A stretch of DNA of 64,000 nucleotides. Source: Escherichia coli (lineage in GTDB: Bacteria > Pseudomonadota > Gammaproteobacteria > Enterobacterales > Enterobacteriaceae). Of the stretch, positions 1 through 9,761 are shown one piece after another (the stretch's first letter is position 1; each line of letters opens with the position of its first letter). The DNA lies in NCBI RefSeq assembly GCF_044324875.1, contig NZ_CP172185.1; one strand, 5' to 3'. The position numbers were made by a program, and so were the translations under genes. Under the pieces are notes generated by a model. The model was not told the DNA's origin and did no database searches. It saw only the letters and a list, made by a program, of their open reading frames with translations.

Positions 1-1777
1 AGGGCTGATCAACAAAATCGCTGCCTTCGTCGCTGACAATCAGGAATCCACCGGGAGCCGGACTGTTTAGTGATTGTGCCGCTCGCGCCGTTTCATGCGT
101 GATAAACGGCGCGGTGGAGGTTGCCACCAGGTTATCCAGTGATTCCGCACTCACCGGGCGTAATAACACATTCACGCCATCGAGTTTCCCGGCGTTGGCG
201 CGTTTTACCAGCGCGTCCCAGTCTTTACTGTTGCCGAGATTGACCAGCGCATTTTTCAGTCGCACACAGTCATCTTTGGCATAACACAGATCCGCTGTCT
301 TCAGTACTATGTCGCCAAAATCATCAAGCAATACCATGCCGGATTTTTGAATTGCTGAACGTAATGAGGCGCTGACGCGAGATTCATCTTCCGGTTTAGG
401 GTGCAGCTGGCGATTAACTGCTTCGGTCAATGCCGTCGCTTTGTTGACCAATTCAGATTCTGGTAATGGCAATGAGCGGGCGTCATTCCAGATGATCTGC
501 GAGCAGTCAAACGGTAAAAAAGGTGAGTTGGTTTTCGCGCTCCAGGTACCGGAAGTGCGAATATTACACATTCCCGTACCGCTAATACGCAATGTATCGC
601 CAACCCGCACGCCAGCGTCAGCCAGTTGTTTCACGCTGGTGGCTTCAATGGTCTGCGCGCCTTTCATCCACGAGAGGGTGAATTTCAGCGGCATATCCAG
701 CGGGATCCAGAATAACAGCATAAACAGCACCAGTAGCGAGCCCGCAGCGATAATCGTACTGCGCAGCCAGTGCTGTAACGGAAAGTTTTTTACTTCATCA
801 TGGAGCGAAAGATATCGCCCCTGACGCACTACGTGGCGGTCGAGATAGATATCGATATCGGTTTGTTGACCGAGATCCTGAGCAATGTATGGCTGCCAGT
901 GTGCGGGGTAGACCAGGTCGATAATACCGAGTGAAATATTGTTGATCTGTTCCTGATCGTTTTCGCCAAACAATCCCCAACGACGGGGTGTACCGCGCAG
1001 ACAATGAATTTCCCGCAGGGAGGATTTTGCCGGGGGCGCGAATAGCCCCCACAGACCTGCGCCCAGCAGCAGTAACGCGCCGCCTGCCAGCCACGGAACA
1101 AATACATCCGGGGTAATCAGGCAGAAAAAGAACATTAGGAATGAGGCGACAATCAGCAACGCTTCACGCAGCCCGCGCGGACGACTTAGCGCATACTCTT
1201 CGTGCGTTTCTTTGCGAATATTGAGTAGCTCGATTTGCTCACTCTCTTCCCCGCGAATCGACGCCTGTGTTGACGGAACAGGTTGCAAGGCATAGCCGCG
1301 AGTTTCCTGCATGTACTCCTGCAGCGTATGACCGTTGAGTGAAATAACCAGCGGCAGCGAATCGGTATGAATCAGTTCAACGGTATTCTCATCGTTGATG
1401 TACTGCTCCCAGAAAGGGGGCAGGTGGACTTCTACCGAATCGAGGTAGTAACGCCATTTATTCGGATCGTCGGTAGAGATGCCGTAACGCGTGATAGCGT
1501 GTGTCAGCATCATGACGTTGTTGCTTTCGGCATTCAGCGCCAGAGAGATCGGTGCCGCGCTGGCTCCCGTTGGGCCAGGCACCTGTAATACCTGCGTCAG
1601 GCTCTCAAGATAATTTTCAACGGCGCTATGTTCTTCAGGTGTGAGTTTACGCGTTTGCGCATCCGCGAAGGCGTTGGTCCAGGGCAGCTGACGCCGTCTG
1701 GATCGCACTTTTATCAGCCATCCCGCAAGTAGTGAGCAGGCCAGCAAAGCAGCTAAAAAAATCACAATGGTGCTCAT
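1..1777 (-). CDS. igaA: IgaA/YrfF inner-membrane regulator of the Rcs phosphorelay (3' end lies outside the window)
   Basis: The minus-strand frame is open from the ATG at 1777-1775 to the window edge. It has no stop codon in the window, so it is absent from the ORF track. Translation starts MSTIVIFLAALL and reads ...SPAPGGFLIVSDEGSDFVDQP at position 2, which matches IgaA as I recall it. It is divergent from nudE, as in E. coli. Confidence 0.9.
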   Translation of the reverse strand, partial: MSTIVIFLAALLACSLLAGWLIKVRSRRRQLPWTNAFADAQTRKLTPEEHSAVENYLESLTQVLQVPGPTGASAAPISLALNAESNNVMMLTHAITRYGISTDDPNKWRYYLDSVEVHLPPFWEQYINDENTVELIHTDSLPLVISLNGHTLQEYMQETRGYALQPVPSTQASIRGEESEQIELLNIRKETHEEYALSRPRGLREALLIVASFLMFFFCLITPDVFVPWLAGGALLLLGAGLWGLFAPPAKSSLREIHCLRGTPRRWGLFGENDQEQINNISLGIIDLVYPAHWQPYIAQDLGQQTDIDIYLDRHVVRQGRYLSLHDEVKNFPLQHWLRSTIIAAGSLLVLFMLLFWIPLDMPLKFTLSWMKGAQTIEATSVKQLADAGVRVGDTLRISGTGMCNIRTSGTWSAKTNSPFLPFDCSQIIWNDARSLPLPESELVNKATALTEAVNRQLHPKPEDESRVSASLRSAIQKSGMVLLDDFGDIVLKTADLCYAKDDCVRLKNALVNLGNSKDWDALVKRANAGKLDGVNVLLRPVSAESLDNLVATSTAPFITHETARAAQSLNSPAPGGFLIVSDEGSDFVDQP

Positions 1778-2096
1778 GCTTTCCCCATCTTACTTAGTCT
1801 GTCAGGCGTGGTCAGTCGCACCGGACACAAAACATGATTCTGCGGTTGGCTATCGGCAAGCGTGGAGTTTAACTTGAGCATCATTAAGCACATCACAGTA
1901 ACCGCTGATCATAGCAAACCCTCTGAAGGCGGAATATCAGCAAATTCCTGGAGTTATTTCAACCTATTGACTTTTAATTTGATTTGAGGACGATTATTTA
2001 TTAAGTTACATAAATGTAAATAACATGCAATTCACATTGCCGAAAGCGTGTCCTATATCGCACAATAACCGCTGATTTCACAGCATAGATCCCACG

Positions 2097-2657
2097 ATGA
2101 GCAAATCATTACAAAAACCCACCATTCTGAATGTTGAAACTGTAGCCCGTTCCCGACTGTTTACCGTCGAAAGCGTGGATCTGGAGTTCAGCAATGGCGT
2201 GCGGCGTGTTTATGAACGAATGCGTCCAACCAACCGGGAAGCAGTGATGATTGTGCCGATTGTGGACGATCACCTGATCCTGATCCGCGAATACGCAGTG
2301 GGAACTGAATCCTACGAATTAGGTTTTTCGAAAGGATTAATTGATCCGGGTGAAAGCGTCTTCGAAGCCGCGAACCGCGAGCTAAAAGAAGAGGTGGGAT
2401 TTGGTGCGAACGATCTGACTTTTTTGAAGAAGCTCAGCATGGCACCGTCTTACTTTTCCAGCAAAATGAATATCGTGGTAGCGCAAGATCTCTACCCGGA
2501 ATCGCTGGAAGGCGATGAGCCAGAGCCGCTACCACAGGTGCGCTGGCCGCTGGCGCATATGATGGATTTGCTGGAAGACCCTGACTTCAACGAAGCGCGT
2601 AATGTCAGCGCGCTGTTCCTCGTGCGCGAATGGTTGAAAGGGCAGGGGCGGTTGTAA
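2097..2657 (+). CDS. nudE: ADP compounds hydrolase NudE (Nudix family)
   Basis: 186-aa ORF with a visible Nudix box (GLIDPGESVFEAANRELKEEVGF). Its position next to mrcA matches E. coli. Confidence 0.95.
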   Translation: MSKSLQKPTILNVETVARSRLFTVESVDLEFSNGVRRVYERMRPTNREAVMIVPIVDDHLILIREYAVGTESYELGFSKGLIDPGESVFEAANRELKEEVGFGANDLTFLKKLSMAPSYFSSKMNIVVAQDLYPESLEGDEPEPLPQVRWPLAHMMDLLEDPDFNEARNVSALFLVREWLKGQGRL

Positions 2658-2670
2658 ATGCGTGAAGTTT

Positions 2671-2700
2671 GCCTGATGCATAATGCTTATCAGGCCTGTG
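2671..2700. repeat. REP-like palindromic element (GCCTGATGC...CTTATCAGGCCT)
   Basis: The imperfect palindrome gcctgatgcataatgcttatcaggcctgtg resembles the enterobacterial REP consensus. A second partial REP-like motif (cacgccgtatccggtat) lies at about 2753-2769. Confidence 0.6.
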
Positions 2701-2798
2701 CGGCTCCTGCAATATATTGATTTTTCTAGATGTTGCTAGACGGGTAAAGTGTTCACGCCGTATCCGGTATAAACAAAGTGCACTTTGTCAGCAAACTT

Positions 2799-2824
2799 AA
2801 AAAGGCGCTGAAGCGCCTTTTTAA
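2799..2824. terminator. Bidirectional rho-independent terminator between nudE and mrcA
   Basis: GC stem aaaaGGCGC-tgaa-GCGCCtttt flanked by an A-run and a T-run, directly after the mrcA stop codon. Confidence 0.75.
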
Positions 2825-5401
2825 TCAGAACAATTCCTGTGCCTCGCCATTATCGATAATGGTCGTTCCCACCTCGTGCACCGCCTGTTGTGTCGGCTGC
2901 GTACCTTCGATGAAATACTCTTCGCGGCTGTTGCCACCATTAGCTAACTGCCCGGTGCTGCGATCGATATTCACCGTCACAATACCCGGCGGCGGCGTCA
3001 GCGGCTGCTCCGGCACACCTTCAAGAACGGCTTTCATATAAGCGTCCCATGCAGGCTGGGCACTCTTGGCACCGCCTTCGTAACCTGAGATCTGATCTTT
3101 AATCGCTCCGGAAGCCGTTGTATGACCGAGATTACGACGGTGATCATCAAAGCCAATCCAGACCGAGGTCACAACGCCCGGACCGTAACCCGAAAACCAC
3201 GCATCTTTCGAACTGTTAGTGGTACCGGTTTTCCCGCCGATATCGCGACGCTGCAAATCACGACCTGCACGCCAGCCGGTACCCTGCCAGCCTGGCTCAC
3301 CAAAGATATTGGTGTTCAAAGCACTCTTAATCAGGAATGCCAGCGGAGTGTTGATGACGTGCGGTGCGTACTCCTGCGCGCCAGTCTTCGCCACTAACGC
3401 CTGATTTGCCTGCTCCAGCTGCGGCATTGGCACAGAAACATTCTGCTGCTCGCGGGAGATAGCGACATCTTCAACATCGTTATTTTCCAGCACGTTCGAT
3501 TTCTGCGTATCACCGTAAATTACCGGAATATCGCATTCCGGGCAGGCTACTTTCGGTTTCGCTTCGAAAATCACGCCGCCCTGATCGTTTTCAATTTTGC
3601 TGATAAACCACGGGTCCACCAGGAAGCCGCCGTTCGCCATGACCGCGTAGCCGCGCGCCACCTGCATTGGGGTGAATGACGCTGAACCCAGCGCCAGCGA
3701 TTCGGTGTGGACAATGTTTTGCGCCGGGAAGCCGAAGCGTTGCAGATATTCTGCAGCGTAGTCGACGCCCATCGCCCGCATTGCGCGTACCATCACCACG
3801 TTTTTCGACTGGCCCAGTCCCTGACGTAAGCGAATTGGACCAGCATATTGTGGCGGCGAGTTTTTCGGCTGCCAGTCAGAACCGGCACCTGCGTCCCAGC
3901 GAGAAATTGGCACATCGTTCAACATACTTGCCAGCGTCAGACCTTTATCCATCGCCGCGGTGTAGAGGAACGGTTTGATGTTGGAACCCACCTGACGCAG
4001 TGCCTGGGTGGCGCGGTTAAACTTGCTCTGATTGAAATCAAAGCCACCGACCAGCGCCATAACGGCACCGTTTTGCGGATTGATCGACACCAGCGCCGAG
4101 TTCACTTCCGGCACTTGTGCCAGCCACCAAGCATCGCCAACCTGACGAACCCAGATTTGCTGACCCGTTTGCAGAACATCGGTCACTTTACGCGGCGTCG
4201 GTCCCTGCTGAGTATCCGAACGGTAAGGACGCGCCCAGCGAACGCCTTCCATACTCAATGCGACGGTCGACCCGTCCGCCAGCATCGCCGTCGCTTCCTG
4301 AGGATTGGCGCTGGTGACTGCGGCAGGTAGCAGAGGACCATAGGTCGGCAGCGCCTTCAACGTATCGGTAATCTTGTTGTTATCCCACGCCGACTCGCCC
4401 ACTTTCCACAGCACATTTGCCGGGCCGCGATAGCCGTGGCGCATGTCGTAGTCCAGCACGTTATTACGTACCGCCTGCTGTGCGGCCTGCTGCACTTTGC
4501 GGGTGATGGTGGTGTAAATGCGATAACCGTCTTCATAGGCACTTTCGCCATAACGGTTATACATCTCCTGGCGCACCATTTCGCTCAGGTACGGCGCAGA
4601 GAAAGCAATCTCCGGCGCGTGATAGTTAGCGTTAATCGCCTCAGTGCGTGTCTGATCGAACTGTTGCTGGGTGATATACCCTTCATCCAGCATCCGCGAC
4701 AGTACGACGTTACGCCGCGCGACGGCACGATCCATTGAGTAGAGCGGATTAAAGGTGGAAGGCGCTTTCGGCAGCCCGGCTATCACCGCCATTTCGTTCA
4801 GCGTCAGTTGGTCGACCGTTTTACCGAAATAGACTTGTGCCGCAGCACCGACACCATAGGCGCGGTAACCGAGGTAAATCTTGTTCAGATAAAGCTCGAG
4901 GATCTCGTCTTTCGTCAGCAATTGTTCAATGCGAATCGCGAGGAAGACTTCCTTAATCTTACGCATCAGCGTGCGTTCTGGACTGAGGAAGAAGTTTCTC
5001 GCCAGCTGCTGGGTAATGGTACTCGCCCCTTGTGACGCGTGGCCGGAGAACAGCGCCACACTTGCCGCACGGAAGATCCCCACCGGGTCAACGCCGTGAT
5101 GCTCGTAGAAGCGGCTGTCTTCCGTCGCGATAAAGGCTTTCACCATCTCCGGCGGGATTTGATCCAACGTAACCGGAATACGACGTTTCTCACCGTATTG
5201 AGCGATCAGCTCGCCATCGGCGCTGTAAATCTGCATCGGAATTTGCAGGCGAACATCTTTTAATGTCGCCACATCCGGCAGTTGTGGCTCGATGTAGCGG
5301 TATAGGCCATAAATCGAGCCTGCTCCCAGCAGAATGCAACAGACTGCAAGGATCAAAAAATACTTTACGAACTTCACTGGAAATTTCCCATTTAGTTTCA
5401 T
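2825..5401 (-). CDS. mrcA: Penicillin-binding protein 1A (bifunctional glycosyltransferase/transpeptidase)
   Basis: 858-aa ORF with GT51 motifs (EDSRFYEHHG, RKIKE) and transpeptidase motifs SxxK (SNIK), SKN and KTG (GKTGTT). The K-12 annotation uses the in-frame GTG at 5377 (850 aa, MKFVKYFLIL). Confidence 0.97.
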   Translation of the reverse strand: MKLNGKFPVKFVKYFLILAVCCILLGAGSIYGLYRYIEPQLPDVATLKDVRLQIPMQIYSADGELIAQYGEKRRIPVTLDQIPPEMVKAFIATEDSRFYEHHGVDPVGIFRAASVALFSGHASQGASTITQQLARNFFLSPERTLMRKIKEVFLAIRIEQLLTKDEILELYLNKIYLGYRAYGVGAAAQVYFGKTVDQLTLNEMAVIAGLPKAPSTFNPLYSMDRAVARRNVVLSRMLDEGYITQQQFDQTRTEAINANYHAPEIAFSAPYLSEMVRQEMYNRYGESAYEDGYRIYTTITRKVQQAAQQAVRNNVLDYDMRHGYRGPANVLWKVGESAWDNNKITDTLKALPTYGPLLPAAVTSANPQEATAMLADGSTVALSMEGVRWARPYRSDTQQGPTPRKVTDVLQTGQQIWVRQVGDAWWLAQVPEVNSALVSINPQNGAVMALVGGFDFNQSKFNRATQALRQVGSNIKPFLYTAAMDKGLTLASMLNDVPISRWDAGAGSDWQPKNSPPQYAGPIRLRQGLGQSKNVVMVRAMRAMGVDYAAEYLQRFGFPAQNIVHTESLALGSASFTPMQVARGYAVMANGGFLVDPWFISKIENDQGGVIFEAKPKVACPECDIPVIYGDTQKSNVLENNDVEDVAISREQQNVSVPMPQLEQANQALVAKTGAQEYAPHVINTPLAFLIKSALNTNIFGEPGWQGTGWRAGRDLQRRDIGGKTGTTNSSKDAWFSGYGPGVVTSVWIGFDDHRRNLGHTTASGAIKDQISGYEGGAKSAQPAWDAYMKAVLEGVPEQPLTPPPGIVTVNIDRSTGQLANGGNSREEYFIEGTQPTQQAVHEVGTTIIDNGEAQELF

Positions 5402-5496
5402 TTGGGCAGTTTATAAACAAACGCGCGGTAGTATAAAGGCAAGCCAGACGCATTGATATACCCGTCAGAGTGACGGGTGATAAGGAGATCATCACA

Positions 5497-6276
5497 ATGG
5501 CATTTAAGATCTGGCAAATTGGTTTGCATTTACAACAGCAAGAAGCGGTAGCGGTTGCTATCGTGCGGGGCACAAAAGAATGTTTTTTGCAACGCTGGTG
5601 GCGGTTGCCGCTGGAGAACGACATAATCAAAGATGGGCGGATTGTTGATGCGCAGCGGCTGGCTAACACGTTGTTACCGTGGAGTCGCGAACTGCCGCAG
5701 CGTCATCACATTATGTTGGCGTTTCCCGCCAGTCGCACATTACAGCGGTCATTTCCACGCCCGTCGATGTCCCTTGGTGAGCGGGAGCAAACGGCCTGGC
5801 TGTCCGGGACGATGGCCCGCGAGCTGGATATGGATCCGGACTCCCTGCGCTTCGATTACAGCGAAGACTCACTCAGTCCCGCCTATAACGTGACTACCGC
5901 GCAAAGCAAAGAGTTGGCAACGCTGCTTACTCTGGCAGAAAGGTTGCGTGTTCATGTTAGCGCGATCACCCCGGATGCCAGTGCATTACAGCGATTCCTG
6001 CCTTTTTTACCTTCTCATCAGCAATGTCTGGCCTGGCGTGATAACGAACAGTGGCTGTGGGCGACGCGCTATCGCTGGGGGCGCAAACTGGCGGTGGGGA
6101 TAACTAGCGCGAAGGAGCTGGCGGCAGCGTTATCCGTTGATCCCGAAAGCGTCGCGATATGTGGCGAAGGCGGATTTGATCCCTGGGAGGCCGTTTCTGT
6201 TCGTCAGCCGCCGCTACCGCCGCCAGGTGGAGACTTTGCCATCGCGCTGGGGCTGGCGCTTGGGAAGGCGTACTGA
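5497..6276 (+). CDS. hofM: PilM-like DNA utilisation/type IV pilus assembly protein HofM
   Basis: Starts MAFKIWQIGLHLQQQ, preceded by the SD sequence taaggag. The track ORF (5470) adds 9 upstream codons. This is the first gene of the hofMNOPQ set, divergent from mrcA. Confidence 0.9.
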   Translation: MAFKIWQIGLHLQQQEAVAVAIVRGTKECFLQRWWRLPLENDIIKDGRIVDAQRLANTLLPWSRELPQRHHIMLAFPASRTLQRSFPRPSMSLGEREQTAWLSGTMARELDMDPDSLRFDYSEDSLSPAYNVTTAQSKELATLLTLAERLRVHVSAITPDASALQRFLPFLPSHQQCLAWRDNEQWLWATRYRWGRKLAVGITSAKELAAALSVDPESVAICGEGGFDPWEAVSVRQPPLPPPGGDFAIALGLALGKAY

Positions 6277-6815
6277 TGAACCCGCCAATTAATTTTTTGC
6301 CCTGGCGACAGCAACGCCGGACCGCTTTTCTTCGTTTCTGGTTGCTGATGTTCGTTGCGCCTCTGCTGCTGGCTGTCGGGATAACGCTAATACTGCGTCT
6401 GACAAGCAACGCCGAAGCACGCGTAGACACCGTTTTGCTTCAGGCGGAACAACAACTCGCCCGCAGCTTACAGATAACGAAACCACGTTTGCTGGAACGC
6501 CAGCAGTTACGCGAACAGCGTTTGCAAAGGCAGCTCCAGCGACAATTTACCCGTGACTGGCAATCTGCGCTGGAAGCACTGGCGGCGCTTTTACCCGAAC
6601 ACGCCTGGCTGACAACGATAAGCTGGCAGCAGGGAACGCTGGAGATCAAGGGGCTGACAACAAGCATTACCGCGTTAAACGCACTAGAAACGTCACTCCG
6701 CCAGGATGCTTCTTTTCATCTCAATCAGCGGGGGGCCACGCAGCAGGATACGCAGGGACGCTGGCAATTTGAGTATCAGTTAACAAGAAAGGTTAGCGAT
6801 GGACATGCTCTTTGA
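6276..6815 (+). CDS. hofN: PilN-like protein HofN
   Basis: 179-aa ORF. Its ATG overlaps the hofM stop codon (TGATG). It has a single N-terminal TM segment and a Gln/Leu-rich coiled region, typical of PilN. Confidence 0.9.
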   Translation: MNPPINFLPWRQQRRTAFLRFWLLMFVAPLLLAVGITLILRLTSNAEARVDTVLLQAEQQLARSLQITKPRLLERQQLREQRLQRQLQRQFTRDWQSALEALAALLPEHAWLTTISWQQGTLEIKGLTTSITALNALETSLRQDASFHLNQRGATQQDTQGRWQFEYQLTRKVSDGHAL

Positions 6816-7239
6816 CTGGTGGTTCGTCGCATCACCCCGCCTCCGCCAGCTTTGCTGGGCAGTCTGGTTGCTGGTGTTAGTTACGCTCATTTTTCTGTCA
6901 TCGACACACCAGGAAGAGAGCGACGCATTAATTCGACTACGGGCGAGTCATCACCAGCAGTGGGCCGCACTGTATCGCCTGGTAGACACCACTCCCTTCA
7001 GCGAGGAAAAAACGCTGCCCTTTTCGCCACTGGATTTTCAGTTATCCGGCACGCAACTGGTTTACTGGCATCCATCCGCGCAGGGAGGTGAGTTGGCGTT
7101 GAAAACGCTGTGGGAAGCAGTGCCATCGGCATTTACACGGCTGGCAGAGCGCAACGTCAGCGTGAGCCGTTTTTCGTTAAGCGTGGAAGGTGATGACCTT
7201 TTGTTCACGCTACAACTGGAGACGCCGCATGAGGGTTAA
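6799..7239 (+). CDS. hofO: PilO-like protein HofO
   Basis: 146-aa ORF that overlaps the hofN end by 17 nt and has an N-terminal TM segment. Its position in the operon matches HofO. Confidence 0.85.
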   Translation: MDMLFDWWFVASPRLRQLCWAVWLLVLVTLIFLSSTHQEESDALIRLRASHHQQWAALYRLVDTTPFSEEKTLPFSPLDFQLSGTQLVYWHPSAQGGELALKTLWEAVPSAFTRLAERNVSVSRFSLSVEGDDLLFTLQLETPHEG

Positions 7240-7633
7240 ACGCTGGTTGTTGGCAGGTATTGCATTGTGCCTTTTAACCGGTATGCGTGACCCTTTTAAA
7301 CCGCCGGAAGATCTATGCCGGATTAGCGAACTTAGCCAGTGGCGCTATCAGGGGATAGTAGGGCGAGGCGAGCGCATCATCGGTGTAATAAAAGACGGGC
7401 AAAAGAAATGGCGACGGGTGCAGCAAAACGATGTGCTGGAAAACGGTTGGACAATTTTACAGCTGACGCCAGACGCACTAACGCTGGGAACCGGGACAAA
7501 CTGCGAACCGCCACACTGGTTGTGGCAACGGCAAGGAGATACAAATGAAGCAATGGATAGCCGCACTACTGTTGATGCTTATACCCGGCGTACAGGCGGC
7601 AAAGCCGCAAAAAGTGACGCTGATGGTGGATGA
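7229..7633 (+). CDS. hofP: PilP-like lipoprotein HofP
   Basis: Starts MRVKRWLLAGIALCLLTGM (signal-like). The track ORF begins 13 codons earlier. It overlaps the hofO end and the hofQ start. Confidence 0.8.
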   Translation: MRVKRWLLAGIALCLLTGMRDPFKPPEDLCRISELSQWRYQGIVGRGERIIGVIKDGQKKWRRVQQNDVLENGWTILQLTPDALTLGTGTNCEPPHWLWQRQGDTNEAMDSRTTVDAYTRRTGGKAAKSDADGG

Positions 7634-8783
7634 CGTTCCGGTAGCTCAGGTGTTGCAGGCGCTGGCTGAACAGGAGAAGTTGAACCTGGTCGTGTCGCCA
7701 GACGTCAGCGGTACGGTGTCGTTACATCTAACAGATGTTCCCTGGAAGCAGGCACTACAAACTGTAGTAAAAAGCGCCGGACTGATAACGCGGCAGGAAG
7801 GCAACATTCTCTCGGTGCATTCCGTTGCCTGGCAGAATGACAATATCGCCCGTCAGGAGGCGGAGCAGGCGCGGGCGCAGGCAAATCTGCCGCTGGAAAA
7901 TCGCAATATTACTCTGCAATACGCCGACGCCGGAGAGCTGGCGAAAGCGGGGGAGAAGCTACTGAGTGCCAAAGGGAGTATGACCGTCGATAAACGCACC
8001 AATCGCCTTTTGCTGCGAGATAACAAAGCGGCGTTAAGCGCGCTTGAACAGTGGGTAGCGCAAATGGATCTGCCGGTCGGGCAGGTTGAGCTGTCGGCGC
8101 ATATTGTCACCATTAATGAAAAAAGTTTGCGTGAGTTAGGCGTGAAATGGACGTTGGCTGATGCGCAACAAGCTGGTGGCGTTGGGCAAGTCACCACGCT
8201 TGGCAGCGACCTCTCCGTAGCGACGGCGACAACGCATGTCGGTTTTAACATTGGACGCATCAACGGACGTTTACTGGATCTTGAGCTTTCCGCGCTCGAA
8301 CAAAAACAGCAGCTGGATATTATCGCCAGTCCGCGTCTGCTTGCCTCACATCTTCAGCCTGCCAGCATTAAACAGGGGAGCGAAATTCCATATCAGGTTT
8401 CCAGCGGGGAAAGTGGCGCGACGTCGGTGGAATTTAAAGAGGCCGTCCTGGGGATGGAAGTTACGCCCACGGTGTTACAAAAAGGTCGCATCCGGCTGAA
8501 ATTACACATCAGCCAGAACGTTCCGGGGCAGGTGCTACAGCAGGCCGATGGCGAAGTGTTGGCGATTGATAAGCAGGAGATCGAAACGCAGGTCGAGGTC
8601 AAAAGCGGAGAAACGTTGGCGCTGGGCGGCATTTTTACCCGTAAAAATAAATCGGGTCAGGATAGCGTACCGTTGCTTGGCGACATTCCCTGGTTCGGGC
8701 AATTATTTCGTCATGACGGAAAAGAAGATGAACGACGCGAGTTAGTGGTGTTTATCACGCCACGACTGGTTTCCAGTGAGTAA
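7545..8783 (+). CDS. hofQ: Secretin HofQ (PilQ/ComE-like outer-membrane channel)
   Basis: 412-aa ORF with the SD sequence aaggag upstream and a signal peptide MKQWIAALLLMLIPGVQA. It carries the C-terminal secretin signature (VPLLGDIPWFGQLFR). Confidence 0.95.
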   Translation: MKQWIAALLLMLIPGVQAAKPQKVTLMVDDVPVAQVLQALAEQEKLNLVVSPDVSGTVSLHLTDVPWKQALQTVVKSAGLITRQEGNILSVHSVAWQNDNIARQEAEQARAQANLPLENRNITLQYADAGELAKAGEKLLSAKGSMTVDKRTNRLLLRDNKAALSALEQWVAQMDLPVGQVELSAHIVTINEKSLRELGVKWTLADAQQAGGVGQVTTLGSDLSVATATTHVGFNIGRINGRLLDLELSALEQKQQLDIIASPRLLASHLQPASIKQGSEIPYQVSSGESGATSVEFKEAVLGMEVTPTVLQKGRIRLKLHISQNVPGQVLQQADGEVLAIDKQEIETQVEVKSGETLALGGIFTRKNKSGQDSVPLLGDIPWFGQLFRHDGKEDERRELVVFITPRLVSSE

Positions 8784-9183
8784 ACAGCCGTAAAAGCGGT
8801 AATGTTTTTACGCTGAACATGTTTCATCTATTTGACGCGCGCAGGTATTTAGCATACAAGGAGTACCGATTTGAGAGTTGGTGCTCTTCGCTGCCTGCGT
8901 TCCATGATGATGATTTATCATTCAGGCGGCATTTTGCTGTCTTTTTTACGCTAATCTTACCCGGTGATTTATCGCCAGAGCGGTGGTAGCAAGGCAGCGC
9001 GCTTGCAGCGACCAGATATGCAGAGGGATGGGTGATTTATTCAGTTGCCAAACCCGCTGGAGTATTGAGATAATTTTCAGTCTGACTCTCGCAATATCTT
9101 ATGAGGTTTCAGTTCATGTCCTGCGGCGCTCTCTGAGCGAAGCGGGTTTATCATTAACGAATAGTCTTAGTAGTACCGAAAAA

Positions 9184-9705
9184 ATGGCAGAGAAACGCAA
9201 TATCTTTCTGGTTGGGCCTATGGGTGCCGGAAAAAGCACTATTGGGCGCCAGTTAGCTCAACAACTCAATATGGAATTTTACGATTCCGATCAAGAGATT
9301 GAGAAACGAACCGGAGCTGATGTGGGCTGGGTTTTCGATTTAGAAGGCGAAGAAGGCTTCCGCGATCGCGAAGAAAAGGTCATCAATGAGTTGACCGAGA
9401 AACAGGGTATTGTGCTGGCTACTGGCGGCGGCTCTGTGAAATCCCGCGAAACGCGTAACCGTCTTTCCGCACGTGGCGTTGTCGTTTATCTTGAAACGAC
9501 CATCGAAAAGCAACTTGCACGCACGCAGCGTGATAAAAAACGCCCGTTGCTGCACGTTGAAACACCGCCGCGTGAAGTTCTGGAAGCGTTGGCCAATGAA
9601 CGCAATCCGCTGTATGAAGAGATTGCCGACGTGACCATTCGTACTGATGATCAAAGCGCTAAAGTGGTCGCAAACCAGATTATTCACATGCTGGAAAGCA
9701 ACTAA
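9184..9705 (+). CDS. aroK: Shikimate kinase I
   Basis: Starts [19 protein letters not shown] (Walker A). The track ORF (8983) is an in-frame upstream extension that I do not consider coding. Confidence 0.96.
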   Translation: MAEKRNIFLVGPMGAGKSTIGRQLAQQLNMEFYDSDQEIEKRTGADVGWVFDLEGEEGFRDREEKVINELTEKQGIVLATGGGSVKSRETRNRLSARGVVVYLETTIEKQLARTQRDKKRPLLHVETPPREVLEALANERNPLYEEIADVTIRTDDQSAKVVANQIIHMLESN

Positions 9706-9761
9706 TTCTGGCTTTATATACACTCGTCTGCGGGTACAGTAATTAAGGTGGATGTCGCGTT

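Noticed and set aside
5190-5669. 159-aa minus-strand ORF bridging the mrcA start and the hofM start
   Set aside because: It overlaps the 5' ends of two divergent, well-supported genes and the intergenic promoter region. It has no SD sequence and an odd composition (Cys/Arg/Ser rich).
8983-9183. 67-codon in-frame N-terminal extension of aroK suggested by the ORF track (240 aa)
   Set aside because: Authentic AroK begins [19 protein letters not shown] at 9184. The upstream part lies in the roughly 400-bp hofQ-aroK promoter region and has no shikimate-kinase similarity. Similar over-extensions were trimmed for hofM, hofP, yhfU, frlR/C/B/A, yhfK, yheO, rpsL, tufA, istA and istB.
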